DNA of 32,000 nucleotides, taken from positions 517,601 to 549,600 of the forward strand of contig NZ_VKHQ01000003.1 in the NCBI RefSeq assembly GCF_009792795.1. Direction: 5' to 3'. The stretch comes from Cognatiluteimonas profundi (lineage in GTDB: Bacteria; Pseudomonadota; Gammaproteobacteria; Xanthomonadales; Xanthomonadaceae). Under the pieces are notes generated by a model, which saw only the letters and a program-made list of their open reading frames with translations, had not been told where the DNA came from and did not search any database. The translations under genes and the position numbers were made by a program. Positions 1-11,959 of the stretch are shown here, one piece after another; position 1 is the stretch's first letter; every line of letters begins with the position of its first letter.

Positions 1-2073
1 GATCATCGCGAACGCATAGTGGTAGAGGTAACCGGACTGGGTCTTGCGCAACAGGCCGGCGGCGATGTCGATGACGCTCGCGCTGCCGTTGACGAACACG
101 CCGTCGATCACCTTTTCGTCGGTGGCGCGCGACAGCCGGCCCAGCAACAGGCCGCCGCCTGCAAATCCGCCGATCCAGAGATCGTCGGCTCCGTATTTCC
201 GCTCCAGGATCCGTACAGGCAGCGCAAACAGCTTGCGCGCCTTGACGTGCAGCTCGGGCTTCCACCAGTACATGACGGTGGCCAGCAGGAATCCCGCCAG
301 CGCCAGCCAGAAGGCCGGCCCCATGAATCCTGCGAGCGCGTACGCAACCGGCCCATGGAACTCCGCGGCGAGCTTGCCCACGACGTCATGCGCAGCCGGC
401 ACATCGATCGATCCGAGGAAGAACGGAAGCTGCTTGTGCTGGCCGAGCACGTCGGTGCCGAACAGCATCGGACCAACCGTCAGGAAGCCGATGACCACCG
501 ACGGGATCGCCAGCAGCACCAGGGGAACCGTCACCACCCACGGCGATTCGTGCGGATCGTGCGCGTGGTCGTCATGGCCATGGCCGTGGTCGGCTTCATG
601 CTCGTGCGCCAGCTCGGCTTCGTGCTCGACCGAGTCCGCCTCCGGCGCGACATATCCCGCTGGTGCGGCGTCGTGCCAGCGTGGCGTGCCGAAGAACGTC
701 AGGTACAACAGCCGGAAGCTGTAGAACGCGGTCACGAACGCACCGAGCAGTACCGCGTAATAGCCGTAGGTCGCGATCCAGTCGTGTGCCTCGTGCGCAT
801 GCTCGGCGGCGGCCTCGATGATCGTGTCCTTGGAATAGAACCCGGCGAAGAACGGCGTGCCGACCAGCGCCAGCGTGCCGACCAGGCTGGTCCAGAACGT
901 GATCGGCATGAACTTGCGAAGCCCGCCCATCTTGCGCATGTCCTGCTCGTGGTGCATGCCGATGATCACCGAGCCCGCGGCCAGGAACAGCAGCGCCTTG
1001 AAGAACGCATGCGTCATCAGGTGGTAGATGGCGGCCGAATAGGCCGACACGCCCAGTGCGACCGTCATGTAGCCAAGCTGCGACAGCGTCGAGTAGGCCA
1101 CCACCCGCTTGATGTCGTTCTGGACCATGCCGATCAGGCCGGTCCAGAAGGCGGTGGTCGCACCGATGAACAACACGAAGTTCAGCGCCGTGTGCGACAG
1201 CTCGAACAGCGGCGACATGCGCGCCACCATGAAGATGCCGGCCGTGACCATGGTCGCGGCATGGATCAGCGCCGAGATCGGGGTCGGGCCCTCCATCGAA
1301 TCCGGCAGCCACACATGCAGCGGCACCTGCGCCGACTTGCCCATGGCACCGATGAACAGGCAGATGCAGATCAGCGTCGGCACCGACCAGTCATGGCCGG
1401 AGAACACCGCGACCGTCGTATGGGCGATCGTGGGTGCGTTGGCGAAGACGGTGCCGTAATCGAGCGAGCCGAACCAGAACAACACGCCGGCGATACCGAG
1501 CAGGAAACCGAAGTCGCCAACGCGATTGACCAGGAACGCCTTGAGGTTGGCGAAGATCGCGCTGGGACGCTTGAACCAGAAGCCGATCAACAGGTAGGAC
1601 ACCAGGCCGACGGCTTCCCAGCCGAAGAACAGCTGCAGGAAGTTGTTGGCCATCACCAGCATCAGCATGGAGAAGGTGAACAGGCTGATGTAACTGAAGA
1701 ATCGCTGGTAGCCCGGGTCATCGGCCATGTATCCGATGGTGTAGATGTGAACCAGCAGCGACACGAACGTCACCACGACCATCATCATCGCGGTCAGGTT
1801 GTCGATCATGAAGCCGACGTTGGCGTGCAGCCCGCCGACCTGGAACCAGGTGTAGACGTTTTCATTGAACGGCTGCGCGCCCTGCACCACCAGCTGCCAC
1901 ATGACCCACGCCGACAGCGCGAAGCTGGTGGCAACGCCAAGGATGGTCACCGACTGCGCGCCAACGCGTCCCAGCGGCTTGCCGAACAGGCCGGCCAGGA
2001 TCGCGCCCAGCAACGGCGCGAGCACGATCGCCAGGAGGACCGCATTCGAGATTTGATGTACGACGCCCGGCAT
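1..2073 (-). CDS. nuoL: NADH-quinone oxidoreductase subunit L (C-terminal end runs off the left edge)
   Basis: Minus-strand frame from about 2073 is in frame with ...AGLLRKTQSGYLYHYAFAMI at the window edge. It sits immediately downstream of nuoK in a nuo operon. The N-terminus reads MPGVVHQISNAVLLAIVLAPLLGAILAGLFGKPLGRVG. Confidence 0.9.
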   Translation of the reverse strand, partial: MPGVVHQISNAVLLAIVLAPLLGAILAGLFGKPLGRVGAQSVTILGVATSFALSAWVMWQLVVQGAQPFNENVYTWFQVGGLHANVGFMIDNLTAMMMVVVTFVSLLVHIYTIGYMADDPGYQRFFSYISLFTFSMLMLVMANNFLQLFFGWEAVGLVSYLLIGFWFKRPSAIFANLKAFLVNRVGDFGFLLGIAGVLFWFGSLDYGTVFANAPTIAHTTVAVFSGHDWSVPTLICICLFIGAMGKSAQVPLHVWLPDSMEGPTPISALIHAATMVTAGIFMVARMSPLFELSHTALNFVLFIGATTAFWTGLIGMVQNDIKRVVAYSTLSQLGYMTVALGVSAYSAAIYHLMTHAFFKALLFLAAGSVIIGMHHEQDMRKMGGLRKFMPITFWTSLVGTLALVGTPFFAGFYSKDTIIEAAAEHAHEAHDWIATYGYYAVLLGAFVTAFYSFRLLYLTFFGTPRWHDAAPAGYVAPEADSVEHEAELAHEHEADHGHGHDDHAHDPHESPWVVTVPLVLLAIPSVVIGFLTVGPMLFGTDVLGQHKQLPFFLGSIDVPAAHDVVGKLAAEFHGPVAYALAGFMGPAFWLALAGFLLATVMYWWKPELHVKARKLFALPVRILERKYGADDLWIGGFAGGGLLLGRLSRATDEKVIDGVFVNGSASVIDIAAGLLRKTQSGYLYHYAFAMI

Positions 2074-2076
2074 CGG

Positions 2077-2400
2077 TCAGCCCTTCAACGTGTCGATGTC
2101 GGCCACGTCGATCGTGCGCCGGTTGCGGAACAAGGTCACCAGGATGGCCAAGCCGATCGCGGCTTCCGCGGCCGCCACGGTGAGGATGAAGAACACGAAC
2201 ACCTGCCCCGCCGCGTCGCCCATCTGGCGCGAGAACGCGACGAAATTGATGTTGACCGCGAGCAGCATCAGCTCGATGCACATCAGCAATACGATCACGT
2301 TCTTCCGGTTGAGGAAGATGCCGGCAAGGCTGATGCAGAACAACGCCGCGCCCAGGGCGAGGTAATGGCCAAGCGCCAGGCTGGTCATGGCCGTCGTCAT
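2077..2400 (-). CDS. nuoK: NADH-quinone oxidoreductase subunit K
   Basis: [58 protein letters not shown], a classic NuoK. Start overlaps the nuoJ stop (ATGA). Confidence 0.96.
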   Translation of the reverse strand: MTTAMTSLALGHYLALGAALFCISLAGIFLNRKNVIVLLMCIELMLLAVNINFVAFSRQMGDAAGQVFVFFILTVAAAEAAIGLAILVTLFRNRRTIDVADIDTLKG

Positions 2401-3044
2401 GGTGTTGGCTCCTGCGGATCGGCCGCGGGAGGTATCGGCTGGGCCGATGCCATCTTCACCATCCGCAGGCGATCCCCCGGGCGGACGCGCGACTGCGCCG
2501 CTGGATCCTGGTGCTTCGCGCCGACACGGCGACGCAGCGTCAGCATCACGGCCGCGATGACCGCGATCGTCAGGATCACGGCGGCGACCTCGAAGGGCAG
2601 CAGGAAGTCGGTGAACAGCGAGCGCGCGAGCCATGTGGTGTTGGGCACGTCGCCACCGCCGGTCGCCATGGCGACGTTCTCGCCAAACGGCGTGGAGGTG
2701 CGCGCGCGGATGCCGATCAGCACCAGCATCTCCACGAGCATGGCGACGGCCACGATCAGGCCGACGGGAAGATAGCGGACGTAACCCTCGCGCATCTTCG
2801 CCACGTCGATATCGAGCATCATCACGACGAACAGGAACAGCACCATCACCGCGCCGACGTAGACGAGCACCAGGGCGATGCCCAGGAATTCGGCACCGGC
2901 GAGGATCCAGGTGCAGGCCACCGTGAAGAAGGTGAGCACGAGGAACAGCGCGGCCTGCACCGGGTTGCGAACGCTGATGACGGCGACCGCGGACATCACG
3001 GTGGCCGCGGCGAAGGCATAGAACGCGAGCAATGGGTAATCCAT
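2397..3044 (-). CDS. nuoJ: NADH-quinone oxidoreductase subunit J
   Basis: 215 aa ORF containing [33 protein letters not shown]...[27 protein letters not shown]. Confidence 0.96.
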   Translation of the reverse strand: MDYPLLAFYAFAAATVMSAVAVISVRNPVQAALFLVLTFFTVACTWILAGAEFLGIALVLVYVGAVMVLFLFVVMMLDIDVAKMREGYVRYLPVGLIVAVAMLVEMLVLIGIRARTSTPFGENVAMATGGGDVPNTTWLARSLFTDFLLPFEVAAVILTIAVIAAVMLTLRRRVGAKHQDPAAQSRVRPGDRLRMVKMASAQPIPPAADPQEPTP

Positions 3045-3062
3045 CGGGTCCTCGGTGCTGCG

Positions 3063-3551
3063 TCAGCGGTACGGGGAATCGGCGGCACGCCGTTCGGCGA
3101 TATCCGCCTCGAGGCGGTCACCGATGGCGAGCAACTGCGGCTTGGTGACGACGTTCTGGCCACGCTGGTCGAAGTGGTACTCCAGCAGGTGGGTTTCGAC
3201 GATGGAGTCGACCGGGCAGGACTCTTCGCAAAACCCGCAGTAGATGCACTTGAACAGGTCGATGTCGTAACGCGTCGTGCGCCGGGTGCCATCCGCGCGC
3301 TGCTCGGAGTCGATCGTGATCGCCAGCGCCGGGCACACGGCCTCGCACAACTTGCAGGCGATGCAACGCTCTTCGCCATTGGGATAGCGGCGCAGGGCAT
3401 GCAGGCCGCGGAAGCGCACCGACTGCGGGATGCGCTCCATGGGATACATGACCGTGTATTTCGGCTTGAACAGGTATTTGAACGTCAGCCACAGGCCCTG
3501 ACCAAGCTCGATCAGCAGCAGGCTTTTGAAGTAGTGGGTGATTCTGCGCAT
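3063..3551 (-). CDS. nuoI: NADH-quinone oxidoreductase subunit I (2x 4Fe-4S)
   Basis: 162 aa with two ferredoxin motifs, [13 protein letters not shown] and [16 protein letters not shown]. Confidence 0.97.
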   Translation of the reverse strand: MRRITHYFKSLLLIELGQGLWLTFKYLFKPKYTVMYPMERIPQSVRFRGLHALRRYPNGEERCIACKLCEAVCPALAITIDSEQRADGTRRTTRYDIDLFKCIYCGFCEESCPVDSIVETHLLEYHFDQRGQNVVTKPQLLAIGDRLEADIAERRAADSPYR

Positions 3552-3564
3552 CAGATCCTCGCCA

Positions 3565-4632
3565 TCAGCGGCCGGCCTCGAACACGCCGTAGTACGCCAT
3601 CAACGCCGTCGCGAAAATCCAGACGATCGTGATCGGAATGAACACCTTCCAGCCCAGCCGCATGATCTGGTCGTAGCGGTAGCGCGGGAACGTCGCCCGG
3701 AACCAGATGAAGCAGCTGGCGAAGAAGAACACCTTCGGGAACAGCCACCACCAGCCGTCGACGGACGCCACCGGGATGCCCATGCCGTGGAACGGACTGA
3801 GCCATCCGCCGAGGAAGAAGATCGAGGCCAGGAAGCTGACCAGGATCATGTTGGCGTATTCGGCCAGGAAGAACAGCGCGAACTGCGAACCCGAATACTC
3901 CACCATGTGGCCGGCGACGATTTCGGACTCACCCTCGACGACGTCGAAGGGCGCGCGATTGGTCTCGGCCACGCCGGACACGAAGTACACCACCAGCAAT
4001 GGCAGCAGCGGGAGCCAGAACCACTCGAACAGCCCGGCGTTGCCCGCCTGCGCCATCACGATGTCGGTGAGGTTGAGGCTGCCGGCCGCGATCAGCACGC
4101 CGACCATGGCGAAGCCCATGGCGATTTCGTAGCTGACGACCTGCGCGGCGGCGCGCATCGCGCCCAGGAACGCGTATTTCGAATTGGATGCCCAGCCCGC
4201 GATGATGATCCCGTAGACGCCCAGCGACGTCATCGCCAGCAGGTACAACAGGCCCGCATTGGCGTTGGACAACACGATCTTCGCGTCGAACGGCACCACC
4301 GCCCACGCGGCGAACGCGGGAACCAGCGTGATCAGCGGCGCCAGTACGTACAGGACGGGCTGCGCCTTCGCCGGCTGGATGACTTCCTTGAACAGCAGCT
4401 TGAAGACATCGGCGAATGCCTGGAGGATTCCCCGCCCCACGTACATCGGTCCGTGGCGGACATGCATCCAGCCAATCAGCTTGCGTTCCCAGACGACATA
4501 GAAGGCGACGGTGATGATCACCGGCATGGCGATCGCCAGGACCTTCAGCACGATCCAGACCAGCAGGCCCGCGGCGCCGAAAGACAGCAGCCAGTCGCGG
4601 AAGGGGTCGAACAGCGGCGCGATCTGCATCAT
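3565..4632 (-). CDS. nuoH: NADH-quinone oxidoreductase subunit H
   Basis: [22 protein letters not shown]...[18 protein letters not shown]...[24 protein letters not shown]. Start overlaps the nuoG stop. Confidence 0.96.
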   Translation of the reverse strand: MMQIAPLFDPFRDWLLSFGAAGLLVWIVLKVLAIAMPVIITVAFYVVWERKLIGWMHVRHGPMYVGRGILQAFADVFKLLFKEVIQPAKAQPVLYVLAPLITLVPAFAAWAVVPFDAKIVLSNANAGLLYLLAMTSLGVYGIIIAGWASNSKYAFLGAMRAAAQVVSYEIAMGFAMVGVLIAAGSLNLTDIVMAQAGNAGLFEWFWLPLLPLLVVYFVSGVAETNRAPFDVVEGESEIVAGHMVEYSGSQFALFFLAEYANMILVSFLASIFFLGGWLSPFHGMGIPVASVDGWWWLFPKVFFFASCFIWFRATFPRYRYDQIMRLGWKVFIPITIVWIFATALMAYYGVFEAGR

Positions 4633-6845
4633 GCGCTTTCGACCTCCACGCGCGCGGACGACAGGGCGGCCGTGGCGCCATAACCCGACTCGACCCACAC
4701 ACAGCCTTCCGCGACCTTGTCGGTGATGGCGACGGGCAAGGTTGCCGTGCCGTTGTCGTTGCGGATCTTCGCAACGGCGCCGTCGGTGATGCCGGCCTGC
4801 CGGGCAGTGTCGGGATGCATGACCGCGCGTGCGCCGAGCGTCAGTGGATGCGCCTGCAATGCCGCGGCACGACGCACGACGCCGTCGGTGCGATAAATGG
4901 CCTGCGACACGGCGACCTCGAGCCCCTTGCCGGCCGGCGCCGGCAATGCATGCCTGGCGACCGACACCTCGCGCGGCTGCAGACTGTCGCGCAGTCCCGG
5001 CAAATCCGTGAACGTGAAGCCGGCCGCGTCGAGCATGCCGCCAAGTGCGCGCAGCACGCGCCAACCCGGTTGCGCCTGGCCGGGCAGCTTGCCGCCGGCA
5101 ACCGCTCGTTGCTCGTGGCCTTCGAGGTTGGTCAGCGTCGCGTCGATCTCCGGCAACAGGCCGATCGGCAGGATCACGTCCGCCACCGCACGCGTCGAGG
5201 CGCAGGCGAAATGGCTGAAAGCGACAACCTGCGCACTGGCGAGCGCCTGCATGGCCTGGCCCTGCTCGGCGAAATCGAGGCCTGGCTCGACGCCATACAG
5301 CACGTAGGCGCTGCGACCTTCGCGCAGCATCTGCCGCGCATCGCGCGAAGCCGGAAGCACGCCGGCGCGCGTCAGACCGATTGCGTTGGCACCTTGCGGA
5401 ATGCGGCACAACGCCGCGCCCTTGCCTGCTGCGAATCGGGTCGCGGCGGCACGGATCGCGCTTGCGTGCGGGCCAGCCTCGGCGACCGCACCAATCAGGA
5501 TCACCGCATTGCTGGCTTCGCCGAGGTCGACCCTGGCCAGCGCGTCGGCCATCTGCGACGGCGGCACGATCTGCTTGCTGGCGATGTCGAAGGTGAAGTC
5601 GAAATCAATCGGGCTGACGACGTGGACCTTCGCCCCCGACTGCACGGCCTTGCGCACGCGCGCATGCAGCAGCGGCAATTCAAAACGCAGCTGCGAACCG
5701 ACGATGACGATGGCATCGGCCTTGCCGATGTCGGCCAGCGATCGGGCGAAGGGTTCGGCGACCGCGCCGTCGGATAGGTCGAGTTGCGAGATGCGGTGGT
5801 CGATGTTTCCGGTGCCCAGCGCCTCCGCGAGGCGGGCCAGCAATGCGCCCTCCTCGTTCGAGGTCGATGGATGCACCAGGATGCCCAGCTCGTCGGCGCC
5901 GTTGTCGCGCAGGATCTGCGCCGCGCGCGCGAACGCCTCGTCCCACGTCGCCGGCCGCCACTCACCGCCATCCTTGATCAACGGCTGCGTCGCGCGGTCC
6001 TCCGCATACAGGCCCTGGTGCGAGTAACGATCGCGGTCCGACAGCCAGCACTCGTTGACCGCTTCGTTGTCGCGCGGGACGGTGCGCAGGATGTCGCCGC
6101 GGCGCGCATGCAGGAACAGGTTGCTGCCCATCGCGTCGTGGTAACCGAGCGACTCGCGGGCGATCAGCTCCCAGGGGCGTGCGCGGAACCGGAACACCTT
6201 GTTCGTCAACGCGCCAACGGGACAGACGTCGATGACGTTGCCCGACAGCTCGGTCGACAGCGGCTTGCCGTCGTAGGTGCCGATCTGCAGGTTTTCACCG
6301 CGCAGCATGCCGCCGAGTTCGTAGGTACCGGCGATCTCCGCGGTGAAGCGGACGCAACGCGTGCACTGGATGCAACGTGTCATGTCGGTGGCGACCAGCG
6401 GACCGAGGTCCTCGTCGGCGACGACGCGCTTGCGTTCGCTGAAACGGCTGACCGAGCGGCCATAGCCGAGTGAGAGATCCTGCAACTCGCACTCGCCACC
6501 CTGGTCGCAGATCGGGCAGTCGAGCGGATGGTTGATCAGCAGGAACTCCATCACGTTGCGCTGCGCCTTGAGCGCCTTGTCGCTGCGCGTGCGGACCTGC
6601 ATGCCTTCCATGACCGGCGTGGCACAGGCCGGAGCCGGCTTGCCCATCTTCTCGACGTCGACCAGGCACATGCGGCAATTCGCGGCGATCGCGAGCTTGT
6701 CGTGGTAGCAGAAGCGCGGAATCGGGATGCCGGCCTTGTCGGCGGCATGGATGATCATCGAGCCCTTCGGCGCGGTCATCGACACGCCATCGATCTCGAT
6801 GGAGACATGGTCTGGCGGCGTCGGCGTCACCGGTTGCGCGCTCAT
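4629..6845 (-). CDS. nuoG: NADH-quinone oxidoreductase subunit G
   Basis: 738 aa with an N-terminal 2Fe-2S/4Fe-4S region ([34 protein letters not shown]) and a molybdopterin-oxidoreductase-like body. Confidence 0.96.
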   Translation of the reverse strand: MSAQPVTPTPPDHVSIEIDGVSMTAPKGSMIIHAADKAGIPIPRFCYHDKLAIAANCRMCLVDVEKMGKPAPACATPVMEGMQVRTRSDKALKAQRNVMEFLLINHPLDCPICDQGGECELQDLSLGYGRSVSRFSERKRVVADEDLGPLVATDMTRCIQCTRCVRFTAEIAGTYELGGMLRGENLQIGTYDGKPLSTELSGNVIDVCPVGALTNKVFRFRARPWELIARESLGYHDAMGSNLFLHARRGDILRTVPRDNEAVNECWLSDRDRYSHQGLYAEDRATQPLIKDGGEWRPATWDEAFARAAQILRDNGADELGILVHPSTSNEEGALLARLAEALGTGNIDHRISQLDLSDGAVAEPFARSLADIGKADAIVIVGSQLRFELPLLHARVRKAVQSGAKVHVVSPIDFDFTFDIASKQIVPPSQMADALARVDLGEASNAVILIGAVAEAGPHASAIRAAATRFAAGKGAALCRIPQGANAIGLTRAGVLPASRDARQMLREGRSAYVLYGVEPGLDFAEQGQAMQALASAQVVAFSHFACASTRAVADVILPIGLLPEIDATLTNLEGHEQRAVAGGKLPGQAQPGWRVLRALGGMLDAAGFTFTDLPGLRDSLQPREVSVARHALPAPAGKGLEVAVSQAIYRTDGVVRRAAALQAHPLTLGARAVMHPDTARQAGITDGAVAKIRNDNGTATLPVAITDKVAEGCVWVESGYGATAALSSARVEVESA

Positions 6846-8206
6846 GCGGCCACCTGCTCGATGACGTTGCCTGCGCGCTGGTCATCGACCAGGAATCGCC
6901 GGTTGACGATCGCGTACTCGAATTCGTTCCAGTAATGACGCAGGAAGCCCTGGACCGGCCACGCTGCCGCCTCGCCGAATGCGCAGATCGTGTGGCCTTC
7001 GATCTGGCCAGCCGCGGCTTTCAGCATCTGCAGGTCGTCCAGCGACGCCTGGCCATCGACGATGCGCGTGAGCATGCGATACATCCAGCCGGTGCCTTCG
7101 CGGCAAGGGGTGCACTGCCCGCAGGACTCGGCGTAGTAGAAGCGTGCGATGCGCTGGCAGGCGCGGACCATGCAGGTGGTTTCGTCCATGACGATGACAG
7201 CGCCGGAGCCAAGACCCGAGCCGGCCTTCTGCAACGCGTCGTAATCCATGGTCAGGCCCATCATCGTGTCGCCCGGCAGCACCGGCATCGACGACCCGCC
7301 GGGGATCACGGCCTTGAGCTTGTGTCCGTTGCGCACGCCACCGGCGAACTGCAGCAGGTCCGCGAAGCTCGTACCGAGCCGTACCTCGTAATTGCCCGGC
7401 CTGGCGACGTGGCCCGATACCGAGAACACCTTGGGTCCGCCATTGTTGGGTTTGCCCAGGTTGAGGAACCACTCCGGTCCGTTGCGCACGATGGCCGGAA
7501 CCGATGCGTAGGTTTCGGTGTTGTTGATCGTCGTCGGCTTTCCGTAGAGGCCGAAGTTCGCGGGGAACGGCGGCTTGTAACGCGGCTGGCCCTTCTTGCC
7601 CTCCAGCGATTCCATCATCGCGGTCTCTTCGCCGCAGATGTAGGCGCCCGCACCGAGCACGTTGTGGATGTCGATGTCGATGCCGCTGCCAAGGATGTCC
7701 TTGCCCAGCCAGCCGTTCTTGTAAGCCTCGGCCGTCGCCTCTTCCAGGTGCTCGAATGGCTCGTGGTGGAACTCGCCGCGCAGGTAGTTGTAGGCGACGC
7801 TGCTTCCGGTCGCATAGCAGGCGATCGCCATGCCCTCGAGGACGGCGTGCGGATTGAACCGCAGGATGTCGCGGTCCTTGGCGGTGCCGGGCTCGGACTC
7901 GTCCGAGTTGCAGAGGATGTACTTGGTGCCCGCGCCCTTGGGCATGAAGCTCCATTTCAGGCCGGTCGGGAACCCTGCCCCGCCGCGGCCACGCAGTCCC
8001 GACTGCTTGACCATGTCGACGACCGCCGACGGCTCGATCTTCTGCTCGAGGATCCTGCGCAGCGCGCTGTAACCACCGGTCTTCAGGTAGTTCTCGTACG
8101 ACCACGGCTTGTCGAAATGCAGCGTCGTGTAGACGACGTTGTGTTCCTGCGGGGCCGGACCGACCGGGCCAGCGCCGCCTGCCGGATGCGTGTGTTCGTG
8201 CGCCAT
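6842..8206 (-). CDS. nuoF: NADH-quinone oxidoreductase subunit F
   Basis: 454 aa with [29 protein letters not shown] and [15 protein letters not shown] motifs. Confidence 0.97.
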   Translation of the reverse strand: MAHEHTHPAGGAGPVGPAPQEHNVVYTTLHFDKPWSYENYLKTGGYSALRRILEQKIEPSAVVDMVKQSGLRGRGGAGFPTGLKWSFMPKGAGTKYILCNSDESEPGTAKDRDILRFNPHAVLEGMAIACYATGSSVAYNYLRGEFHHEPFEHLEEATAEAYKNGWLGKDILGSGIDIDIHNVLGAGAYICGEETAMMESLEGKKGQPRYKPPFPANFGLYGKPTTINNTETYASVPAIVRNGPEWFLNLGKPNNGGPKVFSVSGHVARPGNYEVRLGTSFADLLQFAGGVRNGHKLKAVIPGGSSMPVLPGDTMMGLTMDYDALQKAGSGLGSGAVIVMDETTCMVRACQRIARFYYAESCGQCTPCREGTGWMYRMLTRIVDGQASLDDLQMLKAAAGQIEGHTICAFGEAAAWPVQGFLRHYWNEFEYAIVNRRFLVDDQRAGNVIEQVAA

Positions 8207-8215
8207 GCCTGCTGC

Positions 8216-8743
8216 CTACTTCAAGCCGTCGAGCAACTCGTCGACCTTGTCGGTGTCGAGTTTCTCGTGGTAGTGACCATTGATGACCATCATCGGCGCG
8301 CCGCAGCACGCCGCGAGGCATTCTTCTTCGGGCTTGAGGAAGATGCGGCCGTCGGCGGTGGACTCGCCGAGCTTGCAGCCGAGCTTCTTCTCCGCATGCG
8401 CGACCAGCGCCTCGGCGCCGTTGAGCCAGCAGCTGATGTTGGTGCAGAAGGCGACGTTGTTGCGACCTACCGGATGGGTCTCGAACATCGAATAGAAGGT
8501 CGCGACTTCGTAGGCCCACACCGGCGGAATGCCCAGGTACTTCGCGACGGCGGCGATGAGTTCATCGCTCAGCCAACCACCGTTCTGCTCCTGCGCGGCG
8601 TGGAGTGCCTGCAGGACCGCCGAACGCTTGCGGTCGGGCGGGAATTTCGCGGTCCAGTGGTCGATATGCGCGCGCGTGGCATCCGTCAACGCGACCAGCG
8701 GATCGACATTGCGCGCTGCTTCGAAGTTTCCCGTTGCCTTCAT
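8216..8743 (-). CDS. nuoE: NADH-quinone oxidoreductase subunit E (24 kDa, 2Fe-2S)
   Basis: 175 aa: [34 protein letters not shown]...[12 protein letters not shown]. Confidence 0.96.
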   Translation of the reverse strand: MKATGNFEAARNVDPLVALTDATRAHIDHWTAKFPPDRKRSAVLQALHAAQEQNGGWLSDELIAAVAKYLGIPPVWAYEVATFYSMFETHPVGRNNVAFCTNISCWLNGAEALVAHAEKKLGCKLGESTADGRIFLKPEEECLAACCGAPMMVINGHYHEKLDTDKVDELLDGLK

Positions 8744-10050
8744 CGATCGATCTCGCCAAAGACCACGTCATAGGTACCGATCATCGCCACCACGTCGGCC
8801 AGCATGTGGCCTTTCACCACTTCGTCCATCGACGACAGGTGGGCGAAACCCGGGGCGCGCACATGCATGCGGAACGGCTTGTTGGCGCCGTCGGACACGA
8901 GATAGCAGCCAAGCTCGCCCTTCGGCGCCTCGACCGCGCAGTAGGTCTCCCCGGCCGGCACGCAATAGCCTTCGCTGAACAGCTTGAAGTGGTGGATCAA
9001 GGCTTCCATGTCGTCCTTCATTTCCGCGCGCGACGGCGGCGCGACCTTGAAGTTGTCGAGCATCACCGGACCCGGGTTCGCCTTCAGCCACGCGACGCAC
9101 TGCTGGATGATGCTGGCCGACTGGCGCATCTCGGCGACACGCACCAGGTAGCGGTCGTAGCAGTCGCCATTCGTACCGACCGGGATGTCGAACGCGACCT
9201 CGGCGTACTTGGCGTAGGGCTGCTTCCTGCGCAGGTCCCATTCGACGCCCGAACCACGCAGCATCGGGCCGGTCATGCCCCAGGCGAGCGCGAGATCCGG
9301 CGGGATCACGCCGATGCCGACGGTGCGCTGCTTCCAGATGCGATTGTCCGTGAGCAGCGTCTCGTACTCGTCCACGCGCTTGGGGAAGTCGAGAGCGAAT
9401 GCGTGCAGGTAATCGAGCATCGAACCATCGCGCCACTCGTTGAAACGCTTGAGCTTCTCGCCCTTGCGCCACGGGGACTCGCGATAACGCGACATGGTTT
9501 CGGGAAGATCGCGGTACACGCCGCCGGGGCGGTAATACGTGGCGTGCATGCGTGCGCCGCTCACGGCCTCGTACACGTCCATGAGCTCTTCGCGCTCACG
9601 GAAGGCGTAGAGGAAGACGGCCATGGCGCCGAGGTCGAGCGCGCTCGATCCGATCCACATCAGGTGGTTCAGGATGCGCGTGATCTCGTCGAACATCGTG
9701 CGGATCCACTGCGCCCTCGCCGGCGGCTCGATCCCCATCAGGGTTTCGATGGCACGCACGTAGACGTGCTCGTTGCACATCGGCGAGACGTAATCCAGGC
9801 GATCCATGTAGCCGATCGACTGGTTGAACGGCTTGGACTCAGCGAGCTTCTCGGTGCCCCGGTGCAGCAATCCGATATGCGGATCGGCGCGCTGGACGAC
9901 TTCGCCGTCCATTTCCAGGATCAGGCGCAACACGCCGTGGGCCGCCGGATGCTGCGGTCCGAAATTGAGCGTGTAGTTGCGGATTTCCTTGTGCAGTTCG
10001 GCCGAATTGCTGGCGAAGCCGAGGCTGGCTGGCTGGATGACCGTGCTCAC
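8740..10050 (-). CDS. nuoD: NADH-quinone oxidoreductase subunit D
   Basis: [43 protein letters not shown]...DVVFGEIDR. Confidence 0.97.
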   Translation of the reverse strand: MSTVIQPASLGFASNSAELHKEIRNYTLNFGPQHPAAHGVLRLILEMDGEVVQRADPHIGLLHRGTEKLAESKPFNQSIGYMDRLDYVSPMCNEHVYVRAIETLMGIEPPARAQWIRTMFDEITRILNHLMWIGSSALDLGAMAVFLYAFREREELMDVYEAVSGARMHATYYRPGGVYRDLPETMSRYRESPWRKGEKLKRFNEWRDGSMLDYLHAFALDFPKRVDEYETLLTDNRIWKQRTVGIGVIPPDLALAWGMTGPMLRGSGVEWDLRRKQPYAKYAEVAFDIPVGTNGDCYDRYLVRVAEMRQSASIIQQCVAWLKANPGPVMLDNFKVAPPSRAEMKDDMEALIHHFKLFSEGYCVPAGETYCAVEAPKGELGCYLVSDGANKPFRMHVRAPGFAHLSSMDEVVKGHMLADVVAMIGTYDVVFGEIDR

Positions 10051-10886
10051 CTGGTGGCCCCCGCCGGCGTGGGCGTCGGCCCGGTGGACGGAAGCGCCGC
10101 GTCGGCGGGTCCCAGCGTGCTGGCGATTTTCAGGTCGTGGTCCTCACCCGCAGCGGTCGCATAGCGGGCGTCGTCGCGGATCACGCGCGGTACCAGGACG
10201 CGCGGCTCGACCGAGGTGACCGGCTCATAGATGACGCGCTGGCGCTCGGGGTCGTAGCGCACCTCGACGTTGCCGATCAAGGGGAAGTCCTTGCGGAATG
10301 GATGGCCGACGAATCCGTAATCCGTGAGGATCCGGCGCAGGTCAGGGTGGCCGCTGAAGATGATGCCGAACATGTCGAATGCTTCGCGCTCGAACCAGTT
10401 CGCCACCGGCCACAGGTCGGTCACCGAGGGGATCACGGGAAGCGAATCATCCGGCGCGAAGCAGCGCATGCGCAGGCGCTGGTTGTGGCGAACCGACAGC
10501 AGCTGCAGCACCGCGGCGAAGCGGCGCTCGGGCACCAGCGTGTCGATCGTGCCTTGCGGCTCCGCGGACTGTTCGCGCAGCACGTCGCCGTAGCGCAGGC
10601 GGCCGGTGCTCCGGCCCTCGACGCCACGGGAAAATCCTTCCGACGAGACATCGGTGTCCCACTCGTCGCTGCCATGGCCGAGGTAGTCCATCCCGGCGAC
10701 ATCGATCAACTGCTCGAAGCCGAAATCGTCGCGCAGCTGGCGGCAGGTGTCGTGCCACGCATCGGCTTCGACCACCATGCCGACTTCGCCACGGGGCTCG
10801 TCGACGCGGACGACGGCATCGGCGAATCGCTGGCGCAGGCGCGTCGCGAAGGCGGAAGCCGATTCCCTCGGCAGATCGGGCGTCAT
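10047..10886 (-). CDS. nuoC: NADH-quinone oxidoreductase subunit C
   Basis: [54 protein letters not shown]. Confidence 0.96.
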   Translation of the reverse strand: MTPDLPRESASAFATRLRQRFADAVVRVDEPRGEVGMVVEADAWHDTCRQLRDDFGFEQLIDVAGMDYLGHGSDEWDTDVSSEGFSRGVEGRSTGRLRYGDVLREQSAEPQGTIDTLVPERRFAAVLQLLSVRHNQRLRMRCFAPDDSLPVIPSVTDLWPVANWFEREAFDMFGIIFSGHPDLRRILTDYGFVGHPFRKDFPLIGNVEVRYDPERQRVIYEPVTSVEPRVLVPRVIRDDARYATAAGEDHDLKIASTLGPADAALPSTGPTPTPAGATR

Positions 10887-11458
10887 TCGCGCAGTCCCGT
10901 CTTGACGGCGCCGAAGTTGGTCGCGCGGCGGATCTTCTTCTGCAACTGCAGGATGCCGTAGGTCAGCGCTTCAGCGGTCGGCGGGCAGCCGGGCACGTAG
11001 ATGTCGACCGGCACGATGCGATCGCAACCGCGCACGACCGCGTACGAATAGTGGTAGTAGCCGCCGCCGTTGGCGCAGCTGCCCATCGAGATGACCCATT
11101 TGGGGTCGGGCATCTGGTCATAGACCTTGCGCAAGGCCGGCGCCATCTTGTTGACCAGCGTGCCGGCGACGATCATCACGTCCGACTGTCGCGGCGATGG
11201 ACGAAAGACCACGCCGAAGCGGTCCAGGTCCAGGCGCGCGGCGCCGGCATGCATCATCTCGACCGCGCAGCACGCCAGGCCGAAGGTCATCGGCCACATC
11301 GAGCCGGTGCGCGCCCAGTTCAGCAGCGCATCGGAACTGGTGGTGACGAAGCCACGCTCGAGCAGCGGGTTTCCGCTGTCCGGGATGAGGATGTCATCGA
11401 CCCGGCCTTCCGGCAGCGGGTTGTTCATCAACCCATCGATCGTCTGCCTCACTCCCAT
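10883..11458 (-). CDS. nuoB: NADH-quinone oxidoreductase subunit B
   Basis: [23 protein letters not shown]...[12 protein letters not shown]...[41 protein letters not shown]. The listed ORF extends upstream, but the homologous start is at 11458. Confidence 0.96.
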   Translation of the reverse strand: MGVRQTIDGLMNNPLPEGRVDDILIPDSGNPLLERGFVTTSSDALLNWARTGSMWPMTFGLACCAVEMMHAGAARLDLDRFGVVFRPSPRQSDVMIVAGTLVNKMAPALRKVYDQMPDPKWVISMGSCANGGGYYHYSYAVVRGCDRIVPVDIYVPGCPPTAEALTYGILQLQKKIRRATNFGAVKTGLRE

Positions 11459-11805
11459 TCCAGCGCTCCCTTCTTCCAGACGTAGGCGAAGCCGATGACC
11501 AGCAACGCCAGGAACACGCCCATCTCCACCAGCCCGAACACGCCGAGTTCGCGGAACACGAGTGCCCAGGGAAACACGAAGGCGATCTCGAGGTCGAAGA
11601 CGATGAACAGGATGGCGATCAGGTAATAGCGCACGTCGAACTGCATGTGCGCGTCCTCGAACGCGGGAAACCCGCATTCGTAGGGCGACAGCTTCTCGGC
11701 CGTCGGGCGCTTGGGGCCGAGGACATTGCCGATGACGATCAGTGCCACACCGATTCCGGTGGCCACCATCAGGAACAGCAAGGTCGGCAGGTATTCGGCC
11801 AGCAC
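11449..11805 (-). CDS. nuoA: NADH-quinone oxidoreductase subunit A (GTG start)
   Basis: 118 aa: [44 protein letters not shown]. The GTG at 11805 is preceded by a GAGAGG-like ribosome-binding site. Confidence 0.95.
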   Translation of the reverse strand: MLAEYLPTLLFLMVATGIGVALIVIGNVLGPKRPTAEKLSPYECGFPAFEDAHMQFDVRYYLIAILFIVFDLEIAFVFPWALVFRELGVFGLVEMGVFLALLVIGFAYVWKKGALEWE

Positions 11806-11860
11806 GCGCGTCCTCTCGATTGGCTGCAGCGCCCGCGTTGCCGCGGGCGGTCGAAACTAA

Positions 11861-11895
11861 TGGTGCCAAAGGGGGACTCGAAAAGTCGACCTAAG
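11861..11895. repeat. Putative distal attachment site: degenerate duplicate of the tRNA-Leu 3' end
   Basis: tggtgccaaagggggactcgaaaagtcgacctaag, compared with tRNA 19910-19947 tggtgcccaaagggggactcgaacccccacgacctaag. The first 23 nt differ by one missing C. Confidence 0.85.
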
Positions 11896-11936
11896 GCCTT
11901 GTTTGCGCAAACCATCCGGCTCGCGCTCTTTGAAAT

Positions 11937-11959
11937 CTACCCCCAAACCTACCCCCACG
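11937..11959. repeat. Left-end inner repeat (candidate integrase arm-binding site)
   Basis: ctacccccaaacctacccccacg matches 19767-19789 ctacccccaaagctacccccacg at 22/23 positions, same orientation. Confidence 0.75.

Noticed and set aside
19-2775. Long plus-strand ORF of 918 aa antisense to nuoL/nuoK/nuoJ
   Set aside because: Arg/Asp/Gln/His-rich composition typical of antisense frames in high-GC DNA. The opposite strand encodes clear nuo genes.
2511-4683. Plus-strand ORFs 2511-3632 and 3538-4683
   Set aside because: Antisense shadow ORFs over nuoJ, nuoI and nuoH with His/Arg/Gln-rich low-complexity composition.
6935-10164. Plus-strand ORFs 6935-8773 and 8605-10164
   Set aside because: Antisense to nuoF, nuoE and nuoD; no recognisable domain.
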